The notes beneath the pieces were generated by a model. That model did not search any database and was not told the DNA's origin. It was given only the letters and a program-made list of their open reading frames with translations. A program made the translations under genes and the position numbers. A DNA stretch of 45,421 nt from Alphaproteobacteria bacterium. GTDB taxonomy: Bacteria > Pseudomonadota > Alphaproteobacteria > Rhodospirillales > 2-02-FULL-58-16. Of this stretch, positions 16,997 to 26,035 are shown piece after piece (position 1 is the stretch's first letter; the number at the start of each line of letters is the position of its first letter). The stretch lies in NCBI GenBank assembly GCA_024278615.1, contig JAJRSS010000254.1:1-45421 (forward strand), read 5' to 3'.

Positions 16997-17488
16997 CTAG
17001 GCCACCATTCGGGCGCCGCCGCTGACCCGGCGGAAAACGGCGACGATGTGCCGGGCTCTTTCGATGCGTTTGGGTTGGTGGGTGTTGTACTTCATCTCGA
17101 AGGCAAGCCGTTCCACCCAGACGGCAATGAAATTCCGGCGGCGGTTGGGCATCGCCCGTTCCCCGGTCAGGGCGCCGATGGTGCGGTCGAAGTCGGGATG
17201 CAGTTCCGCCTGGAACGCCAGTTCGGAATATTCCTCCCAGGACAGAATACCGCTGGCATAGAGGTCGATGCTCATATCGGCGACCTGCCGGGGCGAAATG
17301 TCGCGCAAATCCACCGCCGCACGCACGCCGGGCGGCAGCGGGCGAACGTCCCACTGTTCCAACGGGTCCCAGGCTGGCTGGCGGACCGGCGGGCGGACAG
17401 CGGGTTTCGGCACGACGGCCAGGGCACGGCCCGAAGAGGCGAAGCCGCCGCCGGACGCCGAACAGGTCTGTCGCCACCCGATCCTCAT
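16997..17488 (-). CDS. Hypothetical protein (no recognisable family)
   Basis: 163-aa ORF. The C-terminal ~100 aa look globular (DISPRQVADMSIDLYASGILSWEEYSELAFQAELHPDFDRTIGAL...). The N-terminal ~50 aa are Pro/Ala/Arg-rich, so the start is uncertain. It is convergent with the SPOR gene, 3 nt apart. Confidence 0.45.
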   Translation of the reverse strand: MRIGWRQTCSASGGGFASSGRALAVVPKPAVRPPVRQPAWDPLEQWDVRPLPPGVRAAVDLRDISPRQVADMSIDLYASGILSWEEYSELAFQAELHPDFDRTIGALTGERAMPNRRRNFIAVWVERLAFEMKYNTHQPKRIERARHIVAVFRRVSGGARMVA

Positions 17489-17659
17489 GGCGGCGCCTCC
17501 CCACGTTCGGCGGTGCGGACAATACAGGCGCCGACGGCCGGAATGGCGATCGGGCGAGTCACTTCCGGAAGGCGGATCATGACGTGAATATTACCGGCGA
17601 TCCTACGGCGGGTCTGTATGCGCCCCATTCCTGGCCAGGATTTCCGGTACTTGCCGGAG

Positions 17660-18412
17660 CTAGGCGGTGGCCCGTTCGTTCAGCAAGCCCGCCCGCAAGC
17701 GTTTGGATTTGTACATGGCCTGGTCTGCCTTTCCGAGCAGTTCGTGTCCATCATCCTTGGGTCCGTAGGGCATATAGCCGACGCTGGCGCTAAGGGCGAT
17801 CAACTGGCCGCTCCAGCGGGTGAACACCCGGTTAAGCACGCGGTCGAGAGCCGCCGCCCGCTTGAGGCCGTCTTCCTCGGTGGTGCGGGTCAGCAGGATG
17901 GCGAATTCGTCACCGCCCATGCGGCCTACATAGTCCGTATCCCGTACATTGCGCATGAGGGCCTTGGCCACCTGTCTCAATACTTCATCGCCGGCGGCAT
18001 GGCCGTAGGAATCGTTGATTGACTTGAAGCCGTCCAGGTCCACGTAGACCAATACCCCGCGTTCGTCGTAACGGCGCGACACGGCCAGGGAATGGCGAAT
18101 CTGGTTTTCGAAACCCCGGCGATTGAGCAGGCCGGTCAGGTCATCGGTAATCGCCAGCCTTTCAAGAAACGCGATGCGTTCCATTTGTTCGGCGATGCGG
18201 CGCTCGGCCGAAATGGCGGCCGCCAAGGCCACGTCAATGGCGCGGCCGTTGTCGTTACCGGGGGTTAAGGGGGCCCCAACTTCTTCCAGGCAGTCGGCCA
18301 GGGTGGCGACACTGGTCATCAAATCGGTATGGTTCGAATCCAATTGGGTATCCATCTGGACGAAAGAATTGTGCAGTCTCACGGGTCTCTCCCTTGCTCT
18401 GTTGGGGGGCAT
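17660..18412 (-). CDS. Diguanylate cyclase (GGDEF domain) with I-site, no recognisable sensor domain
   Basis: 250 aa: DDLTGLLNRRGF, VDLDGFKSINDSYGHAAGD, RMGGDEFAILL. The RxxD I-site (RDTD) lies five residues before GGDEF. The N-terminal ~75 aa are a short helical or coiled segment only. Confidence 0.9.
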   Translation of the reverse strand: MPPNRARERPVRLHNSFVQMDTQLDSNHTDLMTSVATLADCLEEVGAPLTPGNDNGRAIDVALAAAISAERRIAEQMERIAFLERLAITDDLTGLLNRRGFENQIRHSLAVSRRYDERGVLVYVDLDGFKSINDSYGHAAGDEVLRQVAKALMRNVRDTDYVGRMGGDEFAILLTRTTEEDGLKRAAALDRVLNRVFTRWSGQLIALSASVGYMPYGPKDDGHELLGKADQAMYKSKRLRAGLLNERATA

Positions 18413-18669
18413 GACGACCGCCTGAAACGGGCGGAATCATTCCCTCGCAATAGGGGTAAGCAAGCAGCGTGCCAATATTGACCCTTTTGGAATCAACGAG
18501 TTAGAGAATTTTCCCGGCAATTTTGCTCGTTTGTATGGGTAAATTTTGCCGGTCCGGCTTATTTTGCCGGCCGCCGCCGTCCCATCGCTCGGCGGGAAGT
18601 GGACAGACCTCGGCCTCAACCTTATGATTCTTTTGTTTTCTTGTGCATTTCCGATGAAAGAATATTCCG

Positions 18670-19491
18670 ATGGTTCCGCAGTTTCGCGCACTATTTGTTT
18701 TGGCCCTCATGGGCGCAGCCATGGATTCAGCGGCCGCGGCGGCGCCTTCCGCGACCGTGGACCTGGTTGCTCACCGGGCTATTTACCGAATGTCACTAGG
18801 CACGGCGACAGCCAAATCGGGGGTGGTCGGCGCCCGTGGAGCCATGCTGTACCGTTTCGCCAGAGGGTGCGACGGATGGACCGGAGAAACGAAAACCTAT
18901 CTTCGGGTTCAATACGATGAGGGCGATGAAGTTGAAATCGCCTGGACGTTCGCGAATTGGGAGTCGTTCAACGGCCTCAACTATCGCTTTCGCCTCCGCA
19001 ATAAAGAAAACGGCCGGACCACCGAGGATATACAGGGAACCGCGACCCTGTCCGGGGTCGGCAAGGGGGGTAAGGCCCGTTACTCACAGCCCGAAGAAGT
19101 CACCATGGACCTGCCGGCAGGCACCTTGTTTCCCACACAGCACCTGCGGGAACTGTTCCGCGCTGGCCGGGAGGGAAGCGTACGGGTTTCGAAGGTCGTG
19201 TTCGATGGCTCCAGCACCGACAACCCTTTTGAGATCAATGTTCTTTTGCGAAGAGTAAAGAAAGAGGAAAGCGCGAAAATCGCCAATGAATTGGGTCTTG
19301 ACGAACTTCCCGCGTGGCGGATGTGGTTGGCTTTTTTCCCGGTAGGCAGCAAGGAAACCCTGCCCGATTTCGAAATTGGGGTCCGCTATCGCGAGGACGG
19401 TATCGCGGACAGGATCGAGCAGGATTTCGGTTCGTTCACCCTTGACCTGACCCTGGACGAATTGGAGCTTTTGCCGAAACCGGACTGCTAA
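18670..19491 (+). CDS. DUF1849 / EipB-like periplasmic envelope protein
   Basis: 273 aa with a signal peptide ([21 protein letters not shown]). It has the alphaproteobacterial DUF1849-like layout. Cys67 (FARGCDGW) and the C-terminal Cys273 (PKPDC) match the disulfide pair described for Brucella EipB. Family assignment is from memory of the family, not a search. Confidence 0.65.
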   Translation: MVPQFRALFVLALMGAAMDSAAAAAPSATVDLVAHRAIYRMSLGTATAKSGVVGARGAMLYRFARGCDGWTGETKTYLRVQYDEGDEVEIAWTFANWESFNGLNYRFRLRNKENGRTTEDIQGTATLSGVGKGGKARYSQPEEVTMDLPAGTLFPTQHLRELFRAGREGSVRVSKVVFDGSSTDNPFEINVLLRRVKKEESAKIANELGLDELPAWRMWLAFFPVGSKETLPDFEIGVRYREDGIADRIEQDFGSFTLDLTLDELELLPKPDC

Positions 19492-19501
19492 ATTCCGTCC
19501 G

Positions 19502-20416
19502 CTAATTCGATCCATCAATGGGCCAAAGCCATGCGGCGCCACGGACACCGCTTGAATCCCCGTGACGGTTGGCGACGAGTTTGGTGCTCACCTGATCGGT
19601 AAATACCCACTCCCGCCACAATTTCGGAACCGTATCGTAAAGTCGGGTGAGGTTGGACATGCCCCCACCGAGGACGATGATATGAGGGTCAATCACATTG
19701 ATGACGGATGCCAGGGCGCGGGCCAGCCTGGACTCATAACGCCGCAAGGCCGCAAGAGCTTGTTCGTCGCCGGCCTGGGCTTTGCTAACGATCTGTTCGG
19801 CCGTTGGATTGTCTTTCGTCACCTGGGAATAGTCGCGGGCCAATCCCGTGCCCGACACGAACGTTTCAATGCATCCATTCTGTCCGCAGTAGCAGGGCGG
19901 GCCCGGACTTTCGCAGGCTTGAGGCCAAGGCAGGGGGTTGTGTCCCCACTCTCCGGCGATCGCATTGGCGCCGGTTAGAACTTGCCCTTCGATGAACACT
20001 CCACCACCGACACCGGTTCCAAGGATGACGCCAAAAACAACGCGGGCGCCCTCGGCCGCTCCGTCGGTGGCTTCAGAAATGGCAAAGCAATTTGCATCAT
20101 TGGCAAGGCGCACCGGCCGGCCCATGGCGGCCTCCAGGTCCCGGTCCAGGGCGTGGCCGATCAGGCAGGTGGAATTGGCGTTCTTGACCAAACCGGTGGC
20201 CGGCGAAAGGGTGCCGGGAATACCGATGCCGACGGATTGGGCAGGGCCTGTATCATTTTCAAGATCAGCCACCAGTCCGGTGATCGCCGAGAGGGTTCCG
20301 GAATAATCGCCGGTTGGCGTAGGTACCCGGCGGCGGGCCCTTTCAACACCATGGGCATCAAGAACGATCCCTTCGATTTTGGTGCCGCCCAAATCTATGC
20401 CGATCCGCATGCCCAT
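19502..20416 (-). CDS. ROK-family sugar kinase (NagK/Mak-like)
   Basis: Track ORF trimmed to MGMRIGIDLGGTKIEG (ATG at 20416; the next ATG at 20410 is equally possible). ATP-binding DLGGTK, GTGVGGG, and the zinc motif CYCGQNGCIETFVSG. Confidence 0.85.
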   Translation of the reverse strand: MGMRIGIDLGGTKIEGIVLDAHGVERARRRVPTPTGDYSGTLSAITGLVADLENDTGPAQSVGIGIPGTLSPATGLVKNANSTCLIGHALDRDLEAAMGRPVRLANDANCFAISEATDGAAEGARVVFGVILGTGVGGGVFIEGQVLTGANAIAGEWGHNPLPWPQACESPGPPCYCGQNGCIETFVSGTGLARDYSQVTKDNPTAEQIVSKAQAGDEQALAALRRYESRLARALASVINVIDPHIIVLGGGMSNLTRLYDTVPKLWREWVFTDQVSTKLVANRHGDSSGVRGAAWLWPIDGSN

Positions 20417-20868
20417 CTTTCCGTCCGCCCTTCGGGGAAGTGGTAAACACCTGACGGCGCCTATGTTACCATTACCCGCCGCTTCGGGCGTCAAGGATCA
20501 GCGCCCGTTCTTCCACCTGTATCAAGGGAGCGGACCATAGATCGGCCAGAATCTGGGGATTGGCTAGAATTACGACCTTCGATCCCAAGTATGGGGCCTG
20601 ACGCAGCCAACTGAATGAAATTACTTGAACGGGAAAGCTTCGGCACCTACATATGGGGTCTCTAGCTGGTGAAACCACAATTTGTTGTTTATTTGCGCCT
20701 TTGGCTAGGGTAAAAGGATTCTGCCGTGTTGGGTGCTGGCCATACCCAACGGGAGAAAGAAACCGGTTTGGCCAGTCTTCCCGGGAATGTGCCTGCTTGA
20801 CCTTTATCGGGGGGATAGAGATTGTCCCGGGTGAGGATTGCGGGGTGTAAGGCGAATGAGGTGATGAA

Positions 20869-21570
20869 ATGCTGGATAGACTTGGACTGACCAAAAAGGG
20901 CCTGGATGCGGCGCTCATGGTCAAGGAAGACTATCGGATGCACCGTCCAATCTGCCTCCCCGGCGAAGAAACGCCGCGAATCCTGGCGCCGGAGAACCTG
21001 CTGAGCAAGGGCATGGATCTCAAGGGGTTGGAAGATCCCCTGGCTCTCGCCATGATGGCTTCGCGGGATCCTGAATTTCCCATGGCGCTTGCCGCCGTCG
21101 CCCGATTAAGTCCCATGGGCAATCAGACCAAGCTGGTTTCAGAAGTAATCAATATGGTCGGTGAAACCACCCGGCATGAAGTGGTTCGCAAATGCGTCGG
21201 TCTGGTCAAGGAGTCAGCGTTTAATCCGCGGGCCATTGACGTGGTCAGGGTCCATACATCGCGCTTTATCCTCCGCACGCGGACCCAGTACACGACGGCC
21301 CTGCGGCAAAACCTTGAAGGACTTTTGGAGGGGAGCATTGCCCCCCGGGTATTTGTTAACGATTTCTTTGAACTGACCGAGGCTGGTAATATTCGCAGCC
21401 AGATTCGGGAGAAGATGGTGGTGGGCCTGCTGCTGTCAAAAACAATCCGGCCCAGTATCAAGTTCCTGATTCTCGAAAATTTTCACCGTTTTTCCAGGCC
21501 TATCCGCCGCGCCGTTGTTTCCAAAATCATGCAGGCAAAGCCCGGCCATCATGTGGATATGGTCAAATAG
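20869..21570 (+). CDS. Hypothetical protein, 233 aa, no recognisable family
   Basis: ORF preceded by GAGGTG 5 nt upstream of the ATG. No transmembrane or signal features are evident. It lies in a visibly AT-richer stretch. Confidence 0.55.
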   Translation: MLDRLGLTKKGLDAALMVKEDYRMHRPICLPGEETPRILAPENLLSKGMDLKGLEDPLALAMMASRDPEFPMALAAVARLSPMGNQTKLVSEVINMVGETTRHEVVRKCVGLVKESAFNPRAIDVVRVHTSRFILRTRTQYTTALRQNLEGLLEGSIAPRVFVNDFFELTEAGNIRSQIREKMVVGLLLSKTIRPSIKFLILENFHRFSRPIRRAVVSKIMQAKPGHHVDMVK

Positions 21571-21771
21571 GAACTTGAATGGATTGTGGGCCGCGAAAAT
21601 ATCGTGAAAAATGTGCATTAGCAGAAGGCTGAAAAACTCCGAAATTGGAGCAATCTTCCTTCGGCGTGATTGGCATCCCCACATCAAAAATACTGGTTTA
21701 TCCGACGCACAGGTCAATTTTTCCGTACATTGATAAAACAATAACGAGAAGTGTTCGAAACAGCCTAAATG

Positions 21772-21948
21772 CTAATTTGGCAGAATGCAGTATTTGGCAA
21801 AATCAGCAGCCTCTTGAACCGTCCACTGTCCTTTATCTTTTTCCTTCAAATCTTCACACCATTCCTTGCTGCCAACGGATGGTGAGCATGCGGCGACTGT
21901 TGAGATAACCACGAATACGGCCGCCGTTTTCAAAATACGCGTTTTCAT
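21772..21948 (-). CDS. DUF3012-like small lipoprotein
   Basis: Track ORF trimmed to the ATG at 21948 (GGAGAGG 5 nt upstream). Sequence: MKTRILKTAAVFVVISTVAAC (lipobox) followed by GSKEWCEDLKEKDKGQWTVQEAADFAKYC, the pattern I associate with DUF3012. Confidence 0.65.
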   Translation of the reverse strand: MKTRILKTAAVFVVISTVAACSPSVGSKEWCEDLKEKDKGQWTVQEAADFAKYCILPN

Positions 21949-22137
21949 TCGAACCTCTCCATTTTTTGGACGCACTTCCTTCACATCAGCCTGTGCAATT
22001 TATAAGCAGGCCAGCTTTACCAGTTTCAACTTCTCACATCCGATGACCTTACCGGACTTCGGCTTGCAGGCCGGGAACAGCCATTCGACTGATTTCTTGT
22101 CGAAGTACTGATCCGCCCCGCAGGCATTTTTTGTCTG

Positions 22138-25100
22138 CTAGTTTCCGAACAATCCTTTCAAGGCTCCGCCCACGCCCTTGCTGATGTCCTCGATGGTCTT
22201 GTCCACCGTGCCCTTTTTTTTGCCGGGCGGCGGTGGAAGCGGTGCGTTGGTTGTGGTGGTTGGCTGGGCCGCGGGCTGAGGCGCAGGGGCCGCCGGCTTA
22301 ATGACGGTGATCTTGGAGGCCACCAGCGGCTTGCCGGCGAGCGCCAAGGCGCAGTAGTCAGTCTCGTCCACGGTGCCGCCGGTATCCTGCTGCTGCTTGC
22401 CGCCGCCGAGGACGCTGCCGAGAAGGCCGGCACCACCCTTGGCGACCCCAGTCACGGTATTCATGGCGGCCCCAGTCACGGTCTTCACGGCGCCCGTCGC
22501 CACGGCGGTCATGTCCGGCGTCACCGACGGTGACGCAAGCGTACCGCCCACCTCGAAGGGTATTGCCGCCTTGAGCAGGCTCTTCTTCTTGGCCCTGGGA
22601 TCGAAGCGCAATTTTAGAGTCTCCGCGGCCAGATTGATGCCGCCGGTGCCGATCATGGTCAACCCGCCGGTCTCCAACAGGATCGCCTTGCCGGTGGCCT
22701 GGCCCTTGCTGACGTCAAAACGCACCACCAAGCACCTCAGGTCCTTGTCACCCTTGCTGTCTACCCCAGGGAATGCCGACAGCACATCGGCCGAGACGAT
22801 GTTCAGAAGCTTGCTGTCAATCTTGCCGTTCTGGCTGATCACGTCCACCTTGCCGTCGAGGCCGGCCATGATGGCGCGGACCGAACCGCCTTGACCCTTG
22901 ATGTCGGCGACCAGGTCAACCTTACCGCGGAGCAGATCGTCCTGGCCCATCTGCTTGAGAAAGGCACCATAGTCGAACTGGTTTACCTTCAGGTCCACAA
23001 CCATGTCCGGTATCGGCTTGCCGCTATCCAAAACCACGGTGCCGTCGATGGCGCCGCCGCTGACCAGCGCCTTCAGGGGCTTGATGTCCAGCCGTCCGTT
23101 CTTGAGGCTGAGGACCACCGATACGTTGTCGATCTTCACGCCCTGGCTGACGATCCGCTTACCGCTGAAGGCAAGGTTGGCGTCGGCCGCCTGAAGACCC
23201 TCCAGAGGCAGGGGATCGGCGGGAAACACCCGGCCGTCGCTTTTCTTCTTCGCCGCCGGTGCGGCCGGTTTCCCTTTCCCCTTGGGCAGCATCTGGTCCA
23301 GGTCGAGCAGGGTCGAGGTCAGGTCCGCCTTGGCCACCGGCCGTTGACCGCCCAACGCCACTGACACCGAACCTTGAAGGTCGCTCCTACCGATCGTGAC
23401 GTTCAGGTCCTGGACGTTGTAGGCGCCGCCCTGGTCGTTGATTTTGGCCGCGAGGGTGAACGGCGGCAGATCGGGCAGCTCGGTCTGAGCGAGGTCCGAG
23501 AACCCGGAAATATCGTCGCCCCGGATGCCAACCGTCAGGTCCAGTCCCTTGACGTTGATGGCGTCCTCAATGCCACCGCTGGCGGTCACGAGAAGATTCT
23601 TGGCGCGACCGATGTTAACGTTCAGGCTGGTGACCGCAAGGGCTTCCAACGAACCCTTAAGCGTCGCCGCCACATCATAAGGGCCGATATCCGGGATCGT
23701 CATCTCCTTCAGTGCCGGTACGAATGGCTTGCCCATGCCGATGGTGGCAGTCAGGTCGGGACCCTTGGCGGCCACAGTGATGTCCACGCCCTTGACATTG
23801 ATGGCATCCTCGATGCCGCCCTTGGCGGTAATCTGCAAAGTACCCTCGCGACCAATGTTCGCGGCCAGATTGGATATGGTGAGGGCGTCCAACGATCCCT
23901 TGATGGCGAGCGCAACGTCATAGGGGCCGATGTCCGGGATCGTCATCTTCTTCAGCGCCGGTACGAATGGCTTGCCCATGCCGATGGTGGCGGTCAGGTC
24001 GGAACCCTTGACGGCCACCGTAATGTCCACGCCCTTGACATTGATGGCATCTTCGATGCCGCCCTTGGCGGTGATCTGCAAAGTACCCTTACGGCCGATA
24101 TCGGCCTTCAGGCCGGTGACGGAAAGCGCCTCCAGAGAGCCCTTGACCGTTGCCGCCACGTCATAGGGGCCGATGTCAGGGATTGCTATGTCCTTCAGTG
24201 CCGGCACGAACGGCTTGGCCATGCCGATGGTGGCGGTCAGGTCGGGGCCCTTGGCGGCGACCGTGATATCCACGCCCTTGATGTTGATGGCGTCTTCGAT
24301 GCCGCCGCTGGCCGTGATCAGGATTTTGTCCGTCTGGCCGATGCTGACATCCAGGCCGGATATTGCCGGTGCGGCCTGAGAACCCTTGATACTGGCTGCG
24401 ATGCGGAAGGGTCCCACCGGCGGCACGGTCATGTCCTTCAGCGCCGGCACCAGGCGCCGGGCCTTGCCTGCCGTCTGGGTCAGGTCGATCCCCTCCACCG
24501 AGACCTTGAGGTCCATCCCTTCGACTTCGCGCGGCTTGGCGATGCTTCCACTTACGGTCAGTTTGGCGCCCAGCACTTCGGCCACCAGCTTGATGGGATA
24601 TGGCCGACCGCCCAAGAGCAGCGTTTTGACGGCGCCGAACTCGCCCGATGCGGTATACGGCGCGCTGTTGAAGGACCCCGCCAGGGCCATGATCACGGGG
24701 CTGTTTTGGTCTTTACTGCTGACATCCAGGTTGTCGAGGATCACCTCGATCTGTTCGCCCGTGGCGCCGTCCTTGTAGACCACGCGTACGTCCTTCAGCT
24801 GGACTTTCTCCACTACCGGCACGGTGACGGCGCCGGCCTTTTCTTCCTCCTTCGCGACGGAGGGGCCGAACACCCAGTTGCCCAGGCCCTTGGCGTCGGT
24901 CTCGGCCATCACGTCCAGACCCTCTAGGACCACGTACTTGACCCGGACGTCGCCGGACAGCAGCGGCATCAGTTCGACCTGAGTTGCAAATCGGCCCAGC
25001 TTGATCATCTCTGGCCGGGATCCCCAACCGGCGTTGGCGATCGTCAGGCCTTCTACGGTGACCGACGGGGTGAGGGTGAGAATCTCCAGCTTGAAATCGC

Positions 25101-25248
25101 CGGAGATGTCGACTTTTCGACCGGTCTGATCGGTGATCAAGGAAGCGATGTCGTTCTTGTCGAGGGACGCCACGTAGGCGACACCGGCGACAACGACGGC
25201 GATGAGGAGAACGACGACACCCAGAAAAATCTTTACAATGCGACCCAT
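22138..25248 (-). CDS. AsmA-family outer-membrane biogenesis / lipid-transfer protein with internal tandem repeats
   Basis: 1036 aa. N-terminal anchor (KIFLGVVVLLIAVVVAGVAYV) and AsmA-type start (VDISGDFKLEILTLTPSVTVEGLTIANAGWG). AsmA-like C-terminal region and a Pro/Ala-rich tail. GGAGG lies 7 nt upstream of the ATG. Confidence 0.9.
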   Translation of the reverse strand: MGRIVKIFLGVVVLLIAVVVAGVAYVASLDKNDIASLITDQTGRKVDISGDFKLEILTLTPSVTVEGLTIANAGWGSRPEMIKLGRFATQVELMPLLSGDVRVKYVVLEGLDVMAETDAKGLGNWVFGPSVAKEEEKAGAVTVPVVEKVQLKDVRVVYKDGATGEQIEVILDNLDVSSKDQNSPVIMALAGSFNSAPYTASGEFGAVKTLLLGGRPYPIKLVAEVLGAKLTVSGSIAKPREVEGMDLKVSVEGIDLTQTAGKARRLVPALKDMTVPPVGPFRIAASIKGSQAAPAISGLDVSIGQTDKILITASGGIEDAINIKGVDITVAAKGPDLTATIGMAKPFVPALKDIAIPDIGPYDVAATVKGSLEALSVTGLKADIGRKGTLQITAKGGIEDAINVKGVDITVAVKGSDLTATIGMGKPFVPALKKMTIPDIGPYDVALAIKGSLDALTISNLAANIGREGTLQITAKGGIEDAINVKGVDITVAAKGPDLTATIGMGKPFVPALKEMTIPDIGPYDVAATLKGSLEALAVTSLNVNIGRAKNLLVTASGGIEDAINVKGLDLTVGIRGDDISGFSDLAQTELPDLPPFTLAAKINDQGGAYNVQDLNVTIGRSDLQGSVSVALGGQRPVAKADLTSTLLDLDQMLPKGKGKPAAPAAKKKSDGRVFPADPLPLEGLQAADANLAFSGKRIVSQGVKIDNVSVVLSLKNGRLDIKPLKALVSGGAIDGTVVLDSGKPIPDMVVDLKVNQFDYGAFLKQMGQDDLLRGKVDLVADIKGQGGSVRAIMAGLDGKVDVISQNGKIDSKLLNIVSADVLSAFPGVDSKGDKDLRCLVVRFDVSKGQATGKAILLETGGLTMIGTGGINLAAETLKLRFDPRAKKKSLLKAAIPFEVGGTLASPSVTPDMTAVATGAVKTVTGAAMNTVTGVAKGGAGLLGSVLGGGKQQQDTGGTVDETDYCALALAGKPLVASKITVIKPAAPAPQPAAQPTTTTNAPLPPPPGKKKGTVDKTIEDISKGVGGALKGLFGN
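23344..24546 (-). repeat. Intragenic tandem repeat, 243-bp (81-aa) period, about 5 units (3 near-identical core units at about 23578-24306)
   Basis: GGTACGAATGGCTTGCCCATGCCGATGGTGGC recurs at 23717 and 23960, with a variant at about 24203, an exact spacing of 243 nt. The protein units GGIEDAINVKGVDITVA.KG.DLTATIGM.KPFVPALK...IPDIGPYDVA...KGSL.AL... repeat at aa 315-395, 396-476 and 477-557, with degenerate units on either side. Confidence 0.9.
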
Positions 25249-25390
25249 GAGGTTGCCTCCACTAGTATTTCAATTATGTTCTTCATTTTATTAAAGTCAT
25301 AAACGATAACTTTGGTACCCGCGGTTTCAGTGTTCCACAGTCCCATAAGGGGGGATGATAAGCACCCCCTTGAGTTCGAAAGGGTTGGGC

Positions 25391-25861
25391 CTATCGTTCA
25401 AAGGTAATCTCGACCCGACGGCTGCCCTGTTTGCCATTGCCGACGGTGGTTGGCACCCGGGGCAGGGATTCGCAGAAGCGGTGCCTGACTACCATCTTGC
25501 GGGACAGGCCTTCGGCCATCAGGGTGTTGCCGATGGCGTTGACCCGGGCGCGGGAAAGCCCTCGGATATCGCCCACGGCAATAAATTCAGTTCTCGCCAT
25601 GAAGCCGCCTACCGTGACGTGCTTGTGGCGCAAGGAGCCTTTACCTCCAGAGGCCCTTTTAGGAATTGATACAATTTTCGGCAAATTGTTCGGAAAGTAT
25701 GTGATGCCCGTCACGTCCGGTGGACAAAAAAAGAGGGAATGGCGGGTATTTCCGGATTGCCGAAGGGGAATATTCCAGTTCCCCTGACCGCATGGCACAG
25801 TATTGGGCGGTTTGACCTCGTGCGACGGCCCATAGGCGTGCTGGTCAAAAAGATCGAGCAA
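25391..25861 (-). CDS. OmpA-like (peptidoglycan-binding type) domain ORF, possibly 5'-truncated or a gene remnant
   Basis: The C-terminal half aligns by eye to the OmpA_C pattern: HVTVGGFMA....GLSRARVNAIGNTLMAEGLS...VPTTVGNGKQGSRRVEITF. It has no signal peptide or transmembrane segment. The only canonical start is a TTG. The frame stays open upstream to the purN stop codon. Confidence 0.35.
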   Translation of the reverse strand: MLDLFDQHAYGPSHEVKPPNTVPCGQGNWNIPLRQSGNTRHSLFFCPPDVTGITYFPNNLPKIVSIPKRASGGKGSLRHKHVTVGGFMARTEFIAVGDIRGLSRARVNAIGNTLMAEGLSRKMVVRHRFCESLPRVPTTVGNGKQGSRRVEITFER

Positions 25862-26035
25862 TTCCTGATCAAAATCACCGGTTTTCTTGCGCTCCGTGAA
25901 CCTTCCTCCCGTTGTTTCCCGTTCAACAATCTCCCTTGTTTTTCGGTTTGCCGTGATTGTGTTGGCGAATTCCCGCCGGAGTGAGCGGCAAACGCCCGCC
26001 CCGGTTTCAACTCTTCGTGCTCCCCACGGCAGATC

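Noticed and set aside
18331-18341. GGTTCGAATCC, a tRNA T-loop-like string.
   Set aside because: It lies inside the GGDEF coding sequence. The flanking bases do not form a T-stem (TATGG versus CCAAT), and no acceptor or anticodon arms are evident.
20705-20787. Resemblance of CTAGGGT ... ACGGGAGAAAGAAACCGG ... CCCGGGAA to guanidine-I (ykkC) riboswitch blocks.
   Set aside because: The conserved GGUCCGAGAG block and the UUCCG continuation are missing, and the downstream gene is not a typical guanidine-responsive gene. It is kept only as a generic structured-leader candidate.
21436-21741. 101-aa minus-strand ORF in the AT-rich spacer after the 233-aa gene.
   Set aside because: It overlaps the 3' end of the better-supported plus-strand ORF. 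It has no ribosome-binding site and an implausible composition.
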